DNA of 55,779 bases, taken from assembly GCA_038851325.1 (NCBI GenBank), contig JAWCKZ010000005.1, forward strand, positions 1 through 55,779. Reading direction: 5' to 3'. The DNA comes from Candidatus Bilamarchaeaceae archaeon (lineage in GTDB: Archaea; Micrarchaeota; Micrarchaeia; Anstonellales; Bilamarchaeaceae). Both the position numbers and the translations under genes were made by a program. Under the pieces are notes generated by a model. That model searched no databases and was not told the origin of the DNA. It saw only the letters and a list, made by a program, of their open reading frames with translations. Positions 18,425-28,096 of the stretch are shown piece by piece (positions within the stretch are counted from its first letter, which is position 1; each line of letters starts with the position of its first letter).

Positions 18425-21022
18425 ATGGCTGGCATGGAACGGATAAAAATACAAAAAAAAGAGTACCGTTTTGATATTCGTAAAAAGTACCAGAATGTCA
18501 AAAGCTATAGAATAATATCAGAAACTGCGAGCGATAGGATAAAGAAATTTTTTAAAGGATTTTTTGAAAAAAAGCCGTCGGCTCAGAAAGTAAAAAAGAA
18601 GGTACCTATGGCCAAGGAGCCTTCACCAGGTTTTAATGTAGCCCTTGCAGGTGCAGCCATAGGGTTGGGGTTGTTAATAGTAATCATAGTATGGGTTTAC
18701 CTTACATTGCACAGTATCCAAGGCCCACCCACCCAGCCTCCCTTGCTTGAAAGGCCCACAATAGAGAGTACTGTTTTGGATGGAGCAGTACTGACCTTTG
18801 GGGATCGATATGATGGATTGCATGCAGCATCCATTCACCTTAATTACTCTAGTGAGAATGTGGATTATCTTACTGCTTCCATAACAACGTATGAGAAGGC
18901 GCTGCCGTCTGAGGTGTTTGTTCTAGAGAGTGCTAGGAAGGAAGCAGAGAGCTATCCAGACTTCATTAGGCACTTGCGTTTTCTTCTTTCCAAAAAAAAT
19001 ATTCAGATAAATGATATTGCTATTGAAGATTTAGAGGATATGCCAAGTGGTGCCGTTGTGCTTGTACCATCCGGTTATGTTCCAAAGGAACTTTTAGGAA
19101 GTGGCACGAAAATAACCCCAGATACGCTCGCTTCAAAAGGAATAGTTATTATCTACATAGGTCACTCTTTCGATAGAATGCTCGATGGCGAGAGAGTAAG
19201 CACCACTCCGCAAAGCCTTTATGCTAACATACCATTCAATTTCAATGAGCGCGCTTCCCTTACGCCATCAGGCATTTCGTTCTACGAACCAAGGTATTCT
19301 GTTAGCGGCGGAAGCGGTGGGTGGAGCGCAACTGTGGCTTATGGCGCAATAAGCATACTTTCTAAAAAAGATGGCGCATTCGTATTTGTTCCGCAAACTC
19401 TTGATGGCGGATGGCGGGTCAACCCGTTAAATCCTGAGAAACCTGCCTATGAATACGCAGCAGAGGATATCGCAAAGATAGTAGTGGAAATGCCCTGGGC
19501 AGCCGCTGATGGACCTTCAAGAGAGGTCATCCTCCCACCGGGCTCTGGTCAGGTTCATCTCTTCTCGAATCCCTATAGAGGAACAGAGCGGTCTGTTGTT
19601 GTTAATCTTGCGGGAATAAAGCTAATCAACACCACAGATAAAGTAGGTGGAAACATAACTATCGAGGATAGGAAAATAGTGCATGTAAGAAAAGCGCAAT
19701 CGGGTGAGCTTTACACATCCGGCGGAGCGGCAATAGTGTCTTCGAGCATCTCTGAATTGCCAGTGCGTATGTATGGCCATCTGGCAGAACCGTCCTCGAC
19801 TCAAGTTGACATGTTTTTTGTGATTAGAAACGCAAGTGGGGACGAGGTTCTTCGCGTCCCACGCGGTCGTGTGAATACCCAAGAAAAAATGACTATGGAC
19901 GTGGAGATAAATCTTCCAAAGGGCGAGTATACGGCCGCGTTAGTTGATGAAAGTAACAAGGTGTACGCTTCATCTTGTCTTTTTGTTAGCTCTATCGAAG
20001 TGTCCTATAGGGGGCATTCAGCGTCTACCTACCGCTTTTCTCTTTCTATGAACGGTGTTCCCTACTCATTGGAAATAATAAGGGTTAGCGTTGACGATGG
20101 AAAGTTCGGGCGATACGAATTTCACGATACCTCTGAGGTGAACGTTGACGTTGGGAGGTACACTAATGGTGATGCTCTTCCACCTGGAAATCATACCTTT
20201 ACGTTTGAAATAGGTGGACTTAAAGAAAATGTTTTTGTAACTTCTGAAGTACCTGTTCCGCCTATATTCCGTGATCCATTATTCGTCTCAGCCATTATTC
20301 TATCTGCTCTTATTGCAGGCGCGGGGATACTATTTTCGCGAAGAGAGGAGGTGTATTTCTCCATAGATATTCCAGACTTTCCGCTTACTGCAAGGGAAAA
20401 AGTTCCAATCTCGTCAGATGTTATCCTTTCGATATTCGAAAAGGTCAATAGCAATTATAAGTGGAGTTACACCCCGCTTAGGCTTGCAGAGATAAAAAGC
20501 GGTTTTAAAGACATATTTTATTCTGGAAAGCCTATTTACATAACCGACTATAATGTAGAGTTCTTGCTGGAAAAATTAAAATCGAAGGGGAAGGTAAAGG
20601 AAGCAATGGGTTATTACGGCCCATCTTACTGGGAGGAGCGGACTGGAAAGAATATGACCACTTTAGCTCTAATGCGTTCGCTCAGGGACATTTGCATAAA
20701 TAATGCTGTTCCGTTCACCCCTCTTAGTGAATCAAAGAAGGCGGATAGTGAGATAGACGTAATGGGCCAAAAAATGTTCGTGCACTTTTATGACCCCTCC
20801 GTAGACGCCGGTGGGCTTTTCAGGAGAGTTCTATCGACAGTTTCAGAGGGAATAACAATAGTGCTCTCAAAAGACGATTTTGATAGGGGAAAGTTCCGTT
20901 CGTATCTTGACTCTCCGACGGTAGCATCCCTTCTACTAAAGCTTGAAGTTGAAAACAGTTCCATTCTTCTTCTTACCGTCAGCGAACTTGAGAAGATGAT
21001 CAGAGAATTAAAGATCGTGTGA
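18425..21022 (+). CDS. Large two-TM membrane protein with ~520-aa extracytoplasmic region
   Basis: Basic N-terminus, TM at about aa 70-95, beta-rich region, TM at about aa 618-638, then a ~225-aa soluble tail. Starts 2 nt after the upstream stop. Confidence 0.8.
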   Translation: MAGMERIKIQKKEYRFDIRKKYQNVKSYRIISETASDRIKKFFKGFFEKKPSAQKVKKKVPMAKEPSPGFNVALAGAAIGLGLLIVIIVWVYLTLHSIQGPPTQPPLLERPTIESTVLDGAVLTFGDRYDGLHAASIHLNYSSENVDYLTASITTYEKALPSEVFVLESARKEAESYPDFIRHLRFLLSKKNIQINDIAIEDLEDMPSGAVVLVPSGYVPKELLGSGTKITPDTLASKGIVIIYIGHSFDRMLDGERVSTTPQSLYANIPFNFNERASLTPSGISFYEPRYSVSGGSGGWSATVAYGAISILSKKDGAFVFVPQTLDGGWRVNPLNPEKPAYEYAAEDIAKIVVEMPWAAADGPSREVILPPGSGQVHLFSNPYRGTERSVVVNLAGIKLINTTDKVGGNITIEDRKIVHVRKAQSGELYTSGGAAIVSSSISELPVRMYGHLAEPSSTQVDMFFVIRNASGDEVLRVPRGRVNTQEKMTMDVEINLPKGEYTAALVDESNKVYASSCLFVSSIEVSYRGHSASTYRFSLSMNGVPYSLEIIRVSVDDGKFGRYEFHDTSEVNVDVGRYTNGDALPPGNHTFTFEIGGLKENVFVTSEVPVPPIFRDPLFVSAIILSALIAGAGILFSRREEVYFSIDIPDFPLTAREKVPISSDVILSIFEKVNSNYKWSYTPLRLAEIKSGFKDIFYSGKPIYITDYNVEFLLEKLKSKGKVKEAMGYYGPSYWEERTGKNMTTLALMRSLRDICINNAVPFTPLSESKKADSEIDVMGQKMFVHFYDPSVDAGGLFRRVLSTVSEGITIVLSKDDFDRGKFRSYLDSPTVASLLLKLEVENSSILLLTVSELEKMIRELKIV

Positions 21023-21040
21023 GTTAAAGCGTTGCTTACC

Positions 21041-21439
21041 CTACACGATCTCCTTTTCTATCATGTCTAAAACCGGTTCTGCGTTAAGCCCTAGAGATAT
21101 ATACGCGAGTTCTCTCTTCGTTAACCATCTGTACTCTATATGCTCTTCAGAAAGCGACACATTGTCTTGTTCCGTTCTGCCAAGATACACAAGGTAGATT
21201 GAATGTTTTTCGTCTGCACCTTTTTGATAGGTAGCGGAAGTAACACCTAAAAGCTTTAGTGGTTTCTTAACCGTTATGGAGGTTTCCTCGAAGGTTTCCC
21301 TCAATGCGCTCTCCTCCGGATCCTCGCCCCAGTCAACTCCACCGCCTGGAAATTCCCAAAATCCGTCCTTTCTCTTTAGAACAAGTATTCTCTCTTTATT
21401 TAAAAGGACTAAGTAGACGTTGAGTTCTTGAAGTTTCAA
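21041..21439 (-). CDS. NUDIX hydrolase
   Basis: Nudix box GGVDWGEDPEESALRETFEETSI. Confidence 0.92.
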   Translation of the reverse strand: MKLQELNVYLVLLNKERILVLKRKDGFWEFPGGGVDWGEDPEESALRETFEETSITVKKPLKLLGVTSATYQKGADEKHSIYLVYLGRTEQDNVSLSEEHIEYRWLTKRELAYISLGLNAEPVLDMIEKEIV

Positions 21440-21462
21440 TTAAGCCACCGTCTTCTTACTTT

Positions 21463-22218
21463 TTATTTTTTTGTTTCTGTAAGGTTCCTTTGCTCAAAGA
21501 TACCGAGCCTTTGCATTTTTTCTTCATCAAGGAATTCGAGTTGTCTGTTGCATATCTCACACTTAAACCCTTTTTCTATGGCAACTTCGAATCCGACTAT
21601 AGTGGAAAATCCACAAAATGGGCAAACATAAAATTCGCCGCCATCCCCGTGCCCCCTGCTTTCAAATTTTTTAATTTGCTCCTTAGCCCATTTCTCCATC
21701 TTCTCTTTGTTAAGATACCAACTGTAAGAGTACCACCCAGTTTCGTTATCCTTATACCGGTTGTATAAAACAAGCCCCTCGTTATGTAATTTATTAAGCG
21801 CTGCGCGTACATCGCTTATCTTTATCTTCAGTTTTTTTGATATGTCCTCGTCACTAGCAGCTCTTTCAAAGTTCCTTATTATTGCTATTGCATTCTCCCC
21901 GCCTATATCGACCAAGGTCTCTCTTATAAACGGTCTTGAAAGTATCTCTGCAAGACGGTGCATATCCTCTTTTGTTAAGCTCGGCACAACCGGCTCAACC
22001 TTTCTTTCTGCAGGTCTTTCTTTAACTATAACCTCCTTTTTCGTGTGAAGCTTTGTCTTGTTCCTTACTGGTTTTGCTCGTTTTTCCCTATCCTTTTGCC
22101 TTGATTTTGTAGGTATCGCTATGGCTTCTTTTATTTTTTTAATAATCTTTTTTGAATTTTTAGATTGCTTTTTATTCCTCAGAGGTCTTTTGGATCTTTT
22201 GAATCTTTTGAACGCCAT
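21463..22218 (-). CDS. tfe: Transcription factor E (TFIIE alpha) with long basic N-terminal extension
   Basis: SDEDISKKL..VRAALNKL wHTH, ETGWYSYSW, Zn ribbon CPFC...CEIC. Confidence 0.9.
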   Translation of the reverse strand: MAFKRFKRSKRPLRNKKQSKNSKKIIKKIKEAIAIPTKSRQKDREKRAKPVRNKTKLHTKKEVIVKERPAERKVEPVVPSLTKEDMHRLAEILSRPFIRETLVDIGGENAIAIIRNFERAASDEDISKKLKIKISDVRAALNKLHNEGLVLYNRYKDNETGWYSYSWYLNKEKMEKWAKEQIKKFESRGHGDGGEFYVCPFCGFSTIVGFEVAIEKGFKCEICNRQLEFLDEEKMQRLGIFEQRNLTETKK

Positions 22219-22277
22219 AATACCACATATTTATTTTGTTTTTTCTTATATTTAAATCTTATTTTGATCCTTAAAAA

Positions 22278-22389
22278 CGCCCCTGCCGGGATTTGAACCC
22301 AGATTAAAGGATCCGCAATCCTTCGTTCTATCCATTTCAAGCCTTGTGCTTGAAGTTTTCAAATCCAAGGCTGGTTGAACTACAGGGGC
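22278..22389 (-). tRNA. tRNA-Arg(GCG) with 40-nt D-loop intron (22334-22373)
   Basis: Minus strand reads GCCCCTG TA GTTC AAC[intron]GGATA GAAC G AAGGA TTGCGGA TCCTT TAAT CTGGG TTCAAAT CCCGG CAGGGGC G. Spliced form is a 72-nt cloverleaf with the Arg identity base A20. Confidence 0.92.
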
Positions 22390-22537
22390 TTCCATTTTTC
22401 ATTTTCTTTGTCTACTTTATACTTTCATTGTTTTTAATGTTTTCAATGCGTAGTAGGGCGTAGTTTTAAAAACTAATGTTAGGAAATACTCTATAAAAAC
22501 GATTTAATTTCAGTGCTCTGAGACAGAGGTGATATTG

Positions 22538-23050
22538 ATGGGAATAAGGCCAGCGAGAACAATCAGAAATCCGAAGAAGGTTCCGTGGACGAGATTTTCA
22601 AAGAACCCAACCAAATCTTATATCAAAACACTTCCGCATTCAGATCTTCATCAATTTAGAATGGGCATAGAGAAACCAGATTTTGATATCACTATCCATC
22701 TCGTTTCTCAGCAGGCAATAGTAGTTAGGGACAATGCAATAGAGAGCGCAAGACAATCTGCGAATAAATACCTCGAAAAAGTGATAAGTGGTGATTACTT
22801 CTTGATGGTTAATAGTTATCCACATCATATAATAAGAGAGAATAAGATGATAGCCGGCGCTGGTGCTGATCGATTGCAGAAGGGTATGCGCGCCTCTTTT
22901 GGTCGGCCGACGGATAGAGCAGCCAGACTTGCTAAAGGCACAAGGCTTTTTACTGCGCGAACATACAAAAAAAATCTTTCACACATACTAACCGCGTTTG
23001 AGCGCGCGAGAAGGCGGCTGTCAGGAAAATATAAAACTGTCGTTCTCTGA
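22538..23050 (+). CDS. rpl10e: 50S ribosomal protein uL16 (L10e)
   Basis: RPAR, AIESARQSAN, YPHHIIRENKM, GADRLQKGMR; SD GAGGTGA. Confidence 0.95.
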   Translation: MGIRPARTIRNPKKVPWTRFSKNPTKSYIKTLPHSDLHQFRMGIEKPDFDITIHLVSQQAIVVRDNAIESARQSANKYLEKVISGDYFLMVNSYPHHIIRENKMIAGAGADRLQKGMRASFGRPTDRAARLAKGTRLFTARTYKKNLSHILTAFERARRRLSGKYKTVVL

Positions 23051-23131
23051 GTTTCTTGTATGTTTTAGTGGTTTTCTGTGTGCTGCTATATTTTTAAATC
23101 TATCCATACATAAAATATAACAGGTGGTGTA

Positions 23132-24958
23132 ATGAACGAAGACACCGTACGTGCTGATGACGCACTCATAAGTACAGATGTTGACAGGTTAATTAAGATC
23201 CTTTCTGAGAAGAAAAAAGTAAGCCTGGGCGAGCTTCATCGGCTTTCTGGCATAAAGAGCAGAAGCGCTCTTGAGACTTGGGTGCGCGTACTTGAGGATG
23301 AAGGATACGTGAGGGTGGAGTACGCTCTTACAGGAACCTATCTCCATTGGGCTGATGCAGGAGTTCAGAGAAAAGAGTCGGAGCGCACAGAGCCCGCCCC
23401 TACATCGATACCTGATGAAAAGGGTGAAGAGAGCGTGTCAACCGATGCGGCAGAGCCGGTGGGGGGACTCAGCGTACAACACGAGAGTGAATCGCATAAA
23501 GACAGCCTTGATGAAGGCAGACAACTCGAGAGTCAACCTACTCCGGAAGAATTGCTCGACAGGTATGTTAGGATAAAACACGATTATTCTTATAATGGCA
23601 AAGGCGAAGGAACTTCTGTGAAGGATAATATAGTACGAAATCTTGTAGAAGATAATGAGTCTTTTGAGGAGCATAGGCTGAAAAGGCTTGCCTATAGTAG
23701 CGAGCCTGACGCAACCGCTGATAGGATTGTGGGAGGGAGCGGTTCAGCAGAACTAGAACCAGCCTCTCTAACCGCAGAAGAAAATATAGAACCAGCAGCT
23801 CTTCTTCAGGGTGAGAGCACAGAAACTGACGAGAAAGAGAGCGTACCGATACCGCGTTCTGTATACGATGCTAATGTTAGAGATCTTCTTTCAGCGTATA
23901 TGGAGGAAATAAAGGAGGAGAAGGCTAAGCTCGGGCAACTAAAAAAGAAAAAAGAAATGTTTTATACAGATGAGCTCGTCGCCCTAGAAAAAAGAGCAGA
24001 AGCCGAGCTTATTCCGCTTATGGATAGATTGCTGGAGCATGAGAGCCGGCTCCTTGAGGTAAAAGAGAGAGTGTTGGAGCTTCCGGATAGAGTTGAGGAG
24101 GCAATCAAGCTTCACGATGAATTGAAAAAACTTCGTATCGAAGGTAAGACTGCGCTCCAACAAACAAAGCAAAAAGTCGAAGCTTTTGCGCGCGATATAA
24201 AAGCGTCGGAAAAGGAGGTGCGTGGTAAGATTGCAGGGCTTCGTGCCGATATCGAGGAAAATGAAAAAAAGGTGGATGCGCTCGAGAGATTGAGAGAATC
24301 TATAGATGCTCGAACAGATAAGATACTGGCGTCATTGGATTCTTTACGTGCAAGCATAGCTGATATAAACGAGAGGATGACCGCACTTGAGCAATCTCTA
24401 TCCGAGACAAACGAAACAAGAGCAGTAGTGAACAACAACATCAAAGTCATCAGAGAGGATATTGAAAAGAAGCGTGAAGATCTTTCAGCTTTGACAGGAG
24501 AACTTGAAAACCTTACCAAGATTTCTTCGTGGGCAGTCGAATACCTCAATGATTACGATGCCAAGATACTGGAAATAGAAGAGTATATCAAGAAAAGCGA
24601 TTTGGACATTCTCAAGCTTAAGGAAGCTGCTGAGGCAAAGTGCATTCAGAAATACTTGAACGAATTGGAAGTAACATCTGATAAGTATGACCAGAGCTTG
24701 GAGAATGCAATAAAAACTGAGAAAGAAATAGAACTTCAGATAAACGAAACAAAGGAACGCATAGCTGCTCTCATAAAAGAAAGTCAAAAACTTGTGCGAA
24801 AGGTTGGAGGGGAGGCAGAAAAATTTCCTGATTATGAATCAGTCAAAAAGAAGATTGAGGAAAGAGCAGCGTCGATTAAGAAAACAATCACGGAGAAGAC
24901 AAAGGAAAAAGGAAGCCTTGCTGAAGAGATAAAGAAAAAGAAAAAGAGCAAAGATTGA
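23132..24958 (+). CDS. wHTH + acidic linker + long coiled-coil protein of unknown function
   Basis: N-terminal TDVDRLIKIL...LETWVRVLEDEGYVRVEY; ~350 aa of E/K-rich heptads; no Walker motifs. Confidence 0.8.
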   Translation: MNEDTVRADDALISTDVDRLIKILSEKKKVSLGELHRLSGIKSRSALETWVRVLEDEGYVRVEYALTGTYLHWADAGVQRKESERTEPAPTSIPDEKGEESVSTDAAEPVGGLSVQHESESHKDSLDEGRQLESQPTPEELLDRYVRIKHDYSYNGKGEGTSVKDNIVRNLVEDNESFEEHRLKRLAYSSEPDATADRIVGGSGSAELEPASLTAEENIEPAALLQGESTETDEKESVPIPRSVYDANVRDLLSAYMEEIKEEKAKLGQLKKKKEMFYTDELVALEKRAEAELIPLMDRLLEHESRLLEVKERVLELPDRVEEAIKLHDELKKLRIEGKTALQQTKQKVEAFARDIKASEKEVRGKIAGLRADIEENEKKVDALERLRESIDARTDKILASLDSLRASIADINERMTALEQSLSETNETRAVVNNNIKVIREDIEKKREDLSALTGELENLTKISSWAVEYLNDYDAKILEIEEYIKKSDLDILKLKEAAEAKCIQKYLNELEVTSDKYDQSLENAIKTEKEIELQINETKERIAALIKESQKLVRKVGGEAEKFPDYESVKKKIEERAASIKKTITEKTKEKGSLAEEIKKKKKSKD

Positions 24959-24963
24959 AGAGC

Positions 24964-25962
24964 TTACAAAAGCTCCTTTACGAGTGTGCTGGCTATTACA
25001 AAATATATGAATACGCTTACGATATCCGTAATCATAGTTGCAAACGGTCCGCTTGGTAGAGCTGGGTCGTACTTTAATTTGTAAAAAACCCATGGAAGGA
25101 TTAACGCTATTATCGCTGCAGCTATTATTGCTGTGGCTACTGACAAACCAACGATTACGCTAAGCAATGCTGAGTTGTAGAGTAGAAATGGTATCATAAA
25201 ACTTAACACACCGAGCACAATGGAGATTAGGCAGACCACCCAAATTTCGCGCACGATATACGCCTTAAAGTCAAGTTTTTGGATGAGCGCAAGCGAACGA
25301 ATGAATATTGCTTCTGTTTGCGTCCCTACAGCATCTGATATATACACAACCATTGGTATGAATGCGGCTAAGAGAAGTTCAACCTTTAGTGCTTCCTCAA
25401 AAGAACTGACAATAACCGCTGCTAAAATTCCTCCAAATAAGCCAAGCACGAGCCACGGCACCCTTTTTTCAAAATATACCAGCACAGAGGCTTTCATGAT
25501 ATCTCTAATTGGGTCTGCAAACTTACGAATGCCAGCTGAGCGCAGACTATCTTCTATGCTTTCGCTATGGAGTATGTCAAGTATCGCATCAGACGGTACG
25601 ACGCCAAGAAGCCTTCTTTCCTTGTCCACCACTGGTATCGCGCTTAAATCATGCTCAATCGCAAGCAACGCTACTCGTTCTTGATGGGTGTGGGGGTGAA
25701 CAAAAACGACTCTTCGATCCATTATCTCTCCAATCTTTTTTTTAGGTGGAAGGTGGAAGAGCGCTTTTATTGAGAATACCCCGACGAGTTTTCCTTTGTT
25801 ATCCGTGACATAAACATAGTTTATGAATTCATACCCCCTGATCCTTTTCTTAAATTCTAAGGCAGCCTTACCAACACTCATTTCAGCATTCGTAATGGGA
25901 ACATTTGTTATCATTCTCGAAGCAGCCGTATCCCGTGCCCATTCTGCTTGTCGTTTTTCCAT
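24964..25962 (-). CDS. mgtE: Magnesium transporter MgtE (CBS pair + TM domain)
   Basis: Two CBS domains, KRVPWL, AAFIP, DPALPSGPFATMITD. Confidence 0.9.
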   Translation of the reverse strand: MEKRQAEWARDTAASRMITNVPITNAEMSVGKAALEFKKRIRGYEFINYVYVTDNKGKLVGVFSIKALFHLPPKKKIGEIMDRRVVFVHPHTHQERVALLAIEHDLSAIPVVDKERRLLGVVPSDAILDILHSESIEDSLRSAGIRKFADPIRDIMKASVLVYFEKRVPWLVLGLFGGILAAVIVSSFEEALKVELLLAAFIPMVVYISDAVGTQTEAIFIRSLALIQKLDFKAYIVREIWVVCLISIVLGVLSFMIPFLLYNSALLSVIVGLSVATAIIAAAIIALILPWVFYKLKYDPALPSGPFATMITDIVSVFIYFVIASTLVKELL

Positions 25963-26015
25963 GATACCATCTTACACATAACTATTAAAATTCACTACTA
26001 TAACTTTTATCTTAT

Positions 26016-26699
26016 ATGCTCAGAGCGGTTCTTTTTGACCTTGACAACACGTTGATTGACTTTCTTACATTCAAGAAGGAGACTGCAAAGGCAGCGGCAA
26101 AAGCGATGGTTGCGCAGGGCTTTCCTATGACCGAGGTCGAGACATACGGCAGGATATTTTCTATCTATGATGAGAAAGGTATAGAGTACCAAAAGACTTT
26201 TTATGATGTTATAAGACCACTCAATCTTGAGGTGAACCGTGCGGAGCGGATCCAGCAGGCAGCGATAGTTGCTTATCTTAAACGAAAATTTGAGGTTCTA
26301 AAACCATACTCGATGGTCAAACCCGTTCTTCGCAAGCTCCGTGAGTTTGGGCTCAAGCTCGGTGTCGTTACGGATGCTCCACGGAACAAGACATGGCAGA
26401 GGCTTGTTCTTACTGGACTTGAGAACGAGTTTGATACAGTAATAACAAAGGACGACACCCTTGCTGAGAAACCGCATCCATCGCCATTTCAGCTTGCGCT
26501 TCAGCGGCTTGGGCTTCCCCCAACATCTTGTCTTTTTGTCGGGGATAATCCCGTCAGGGACATAAAAGGAGCAAAGAATGTGGGTATGCAAACATGCCTT
26601 GCAAAATATGGTATATGGCAAAGAGCAACAGAGCCGAAGGCGGATTTCGAGATTGAAAAGTTTGAGGATTTGCTAGAGATAGTTAAAAAATTAAAGTGA
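26016..26699 (+). CDS. HAD-superfamily hydrolase
   Basis: FDLDNTL, KPHP, FVGDNPVRDIKGA. Confidence 0.92.
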   Translation: MLRAVLFDLDNTLIDFLTFKKETAKAAAKAMVAQGFPMTEVETYGRIFSIYDEKGIEYQKTFYDVIRPLNLEVNRAERIQQAAIVAYLKRKFEVLKPYSMVKPVLRKLREFGLKLGVVTDAPRNKTWQRLVLTGLENEFDTVITKDDTLAEKPHPSPFQLALQRLGLPPTSCLFVGDNPVRDIKGAKNVGMQTCLAKYGIWQRATEPKADFEIEKFEDLLEIVKKLK

Positions 26700-26703
26700 T
26701 GAG

Positions 26704-28041
26704 ATGGTCACGTTAACGCCTTATGGCGGAATAAATGAGATCGGTGGAAATAAGATTTTGGTGGAGGATAGGAAATCCCGCATATTCCTAGATTTTGGTC
26801 AGTCCTTTACACTTCTTGATGATTATTTCGTGCCTGAAGCGCACCTTTTTCCGCGAGAACGTTTTGGGTTGAGAGATTATTTTGCATTCAATCTGGTTCC
26901 GAAGCTAAGCGGATTGTACTCCAGGGCAGCGCTTGAGAAAACCGATCTAAAGTTTGCACCGCCAGAATATGATGGTGTTCTCATAAGCCATGCACATTAT
27001 GACCACATTGCGCACCTTTATTATCTTCACCCAGAAATTCCAGTGTACCTTGGCGAGGCGGCGAAGCTGATAATAGACTCCGCACAGGAGACCTCCGGGC
27101 TGAGGTGCTTTACAGAAGAGAGCACGGTAAGAACCTTCAGGACAGGGAAGGATTTTTCAATAGGAGATTTTAAAATTCATCCTGTCCACGTTGACCATTC
27201 TGTGCCTGGCGCATATGGATTCATAATAGAGACAACAGGCGGAAACATCGTGTATTCCGGAGATTTGCGAAAGCATGGCCCAAGGGCGGACATGACAGAG
27301 GATTTTCTTAAAAAAGCAGCAGAGTTCGATCCAGTACTTCTAATCATCGAAGGGACGCGCGTTGCTGAAGAGGAGAAGCGCAGAAATCATACCGAGCATT
27401 TTGTTCAAGCCGAATCGGCTAGGATTGCAAAAGAAACTAAAGGCATGATACTTGCTATGAGATATCCAAAGGACATAGACCGATTTAGAACATTCTATTC
27501 GATTGCAAAAGAAACTGAGCGAGAGCTTATTATAACAATGAAAACAGCGCATCTTCTTCTTTCTCTAAAAAACGATCCCATAGGATTACCAGACCCATAC
27601 AGAGACGACACTCTGAAAATATTCGGGAGAGAAAAAAAAGTTTACAAGGAGTGGGAGGTGAACATGCTCTCAAAGTGCGTGGATTCTGGGTATGTCGCTG
27701 AGAACAATGGCCGTTGCATTCTTGAACTTGAGTTCTTTCAGTTGCCGGAACTTATAGACATAAAACCGAGCTCAGGTGCGTGCATCCATTCAATGAGCGA
27801 ACCGTTCGAAGAAGATCCGATCTCGCAGGTTTCGGATGCTGTGCTGCGTAACTGGACCAAAGCATTTAATCTTGAGTACCATCAACTGCATGCTTCAGGC
27901 CATGCCTCTATGAGCGAGATCTTCCAGTTTATAGAACGGATAAATCCAGAAAAAGTGCTTCCGGTTCATACTCAATGCGAACACTTGTTTAACCAGGAGC
28001 GCGTTATACGCACTAAAAAAGGGAAGCGCATAGATATTTAA
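26704..28041 (+). CDS. Metallo-beta-lactamase/beta-CASP nuclease (RNase J-like)
   Basis: GGINEIGGN, SHAHYDH, DHSVPGA, SGDLR, HASGHA. Confidence 0.88.
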   Translation: MVTLTPYGGINEIGGNKILVEDRKSRIFLDFGQSFTLLDDYFVPEAHLFPRERFGLRDYFAFNLVPKLSGLYSRAALEKTDLKFAPPEYDGVLISHAHYDHIAHLYYLHPEIPVYLGEAAKLIIDSAQETSGLRCFTEESTVRTFRTGKDFSIGDFKIHPVHVDHSVPGAYGFIIETTGGNIVYSGDLRKHGPRADMTEDFLKKAAEFDPVLLIIEGTRVAEEEKRRNHTEHFVQAESARIAKETKGMILAMRYPKDIDRFRTFYSIAKETERELIITMKTAHLLLSLKNDPIGLPDPYRDDTLKIFGREKKVYKEWEVNMLSKCVDSGYVAENNGRCILELEFFQLPELIDIKPSSGACIHSMSEPFEEDPISQVSDAVLRNWTKAFNLEYHQLHASGHASMSEIFQFIERINPEKVLPVHTQCEHLFNQERVIRTKKGKRIDI

Positions 28042-28096
28042 AAGGAGTGATGGAATAAATCTGCATTATAGCTTCATATTACGAGGTGTTAGGGTT

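Noticed and set aside
22461..22475. Palindrome TAGTTTT-A-AAAACTA between tRNA-Arg and rpl10e
   Set aside because: AT-rich and explainable as a TATA element in a divergent promoter region.
23132..24958. SMC/Rad50 ATPase
   Set aside because: No Walker A, Walker B, signature motif, hinge or zinc hook is visible.
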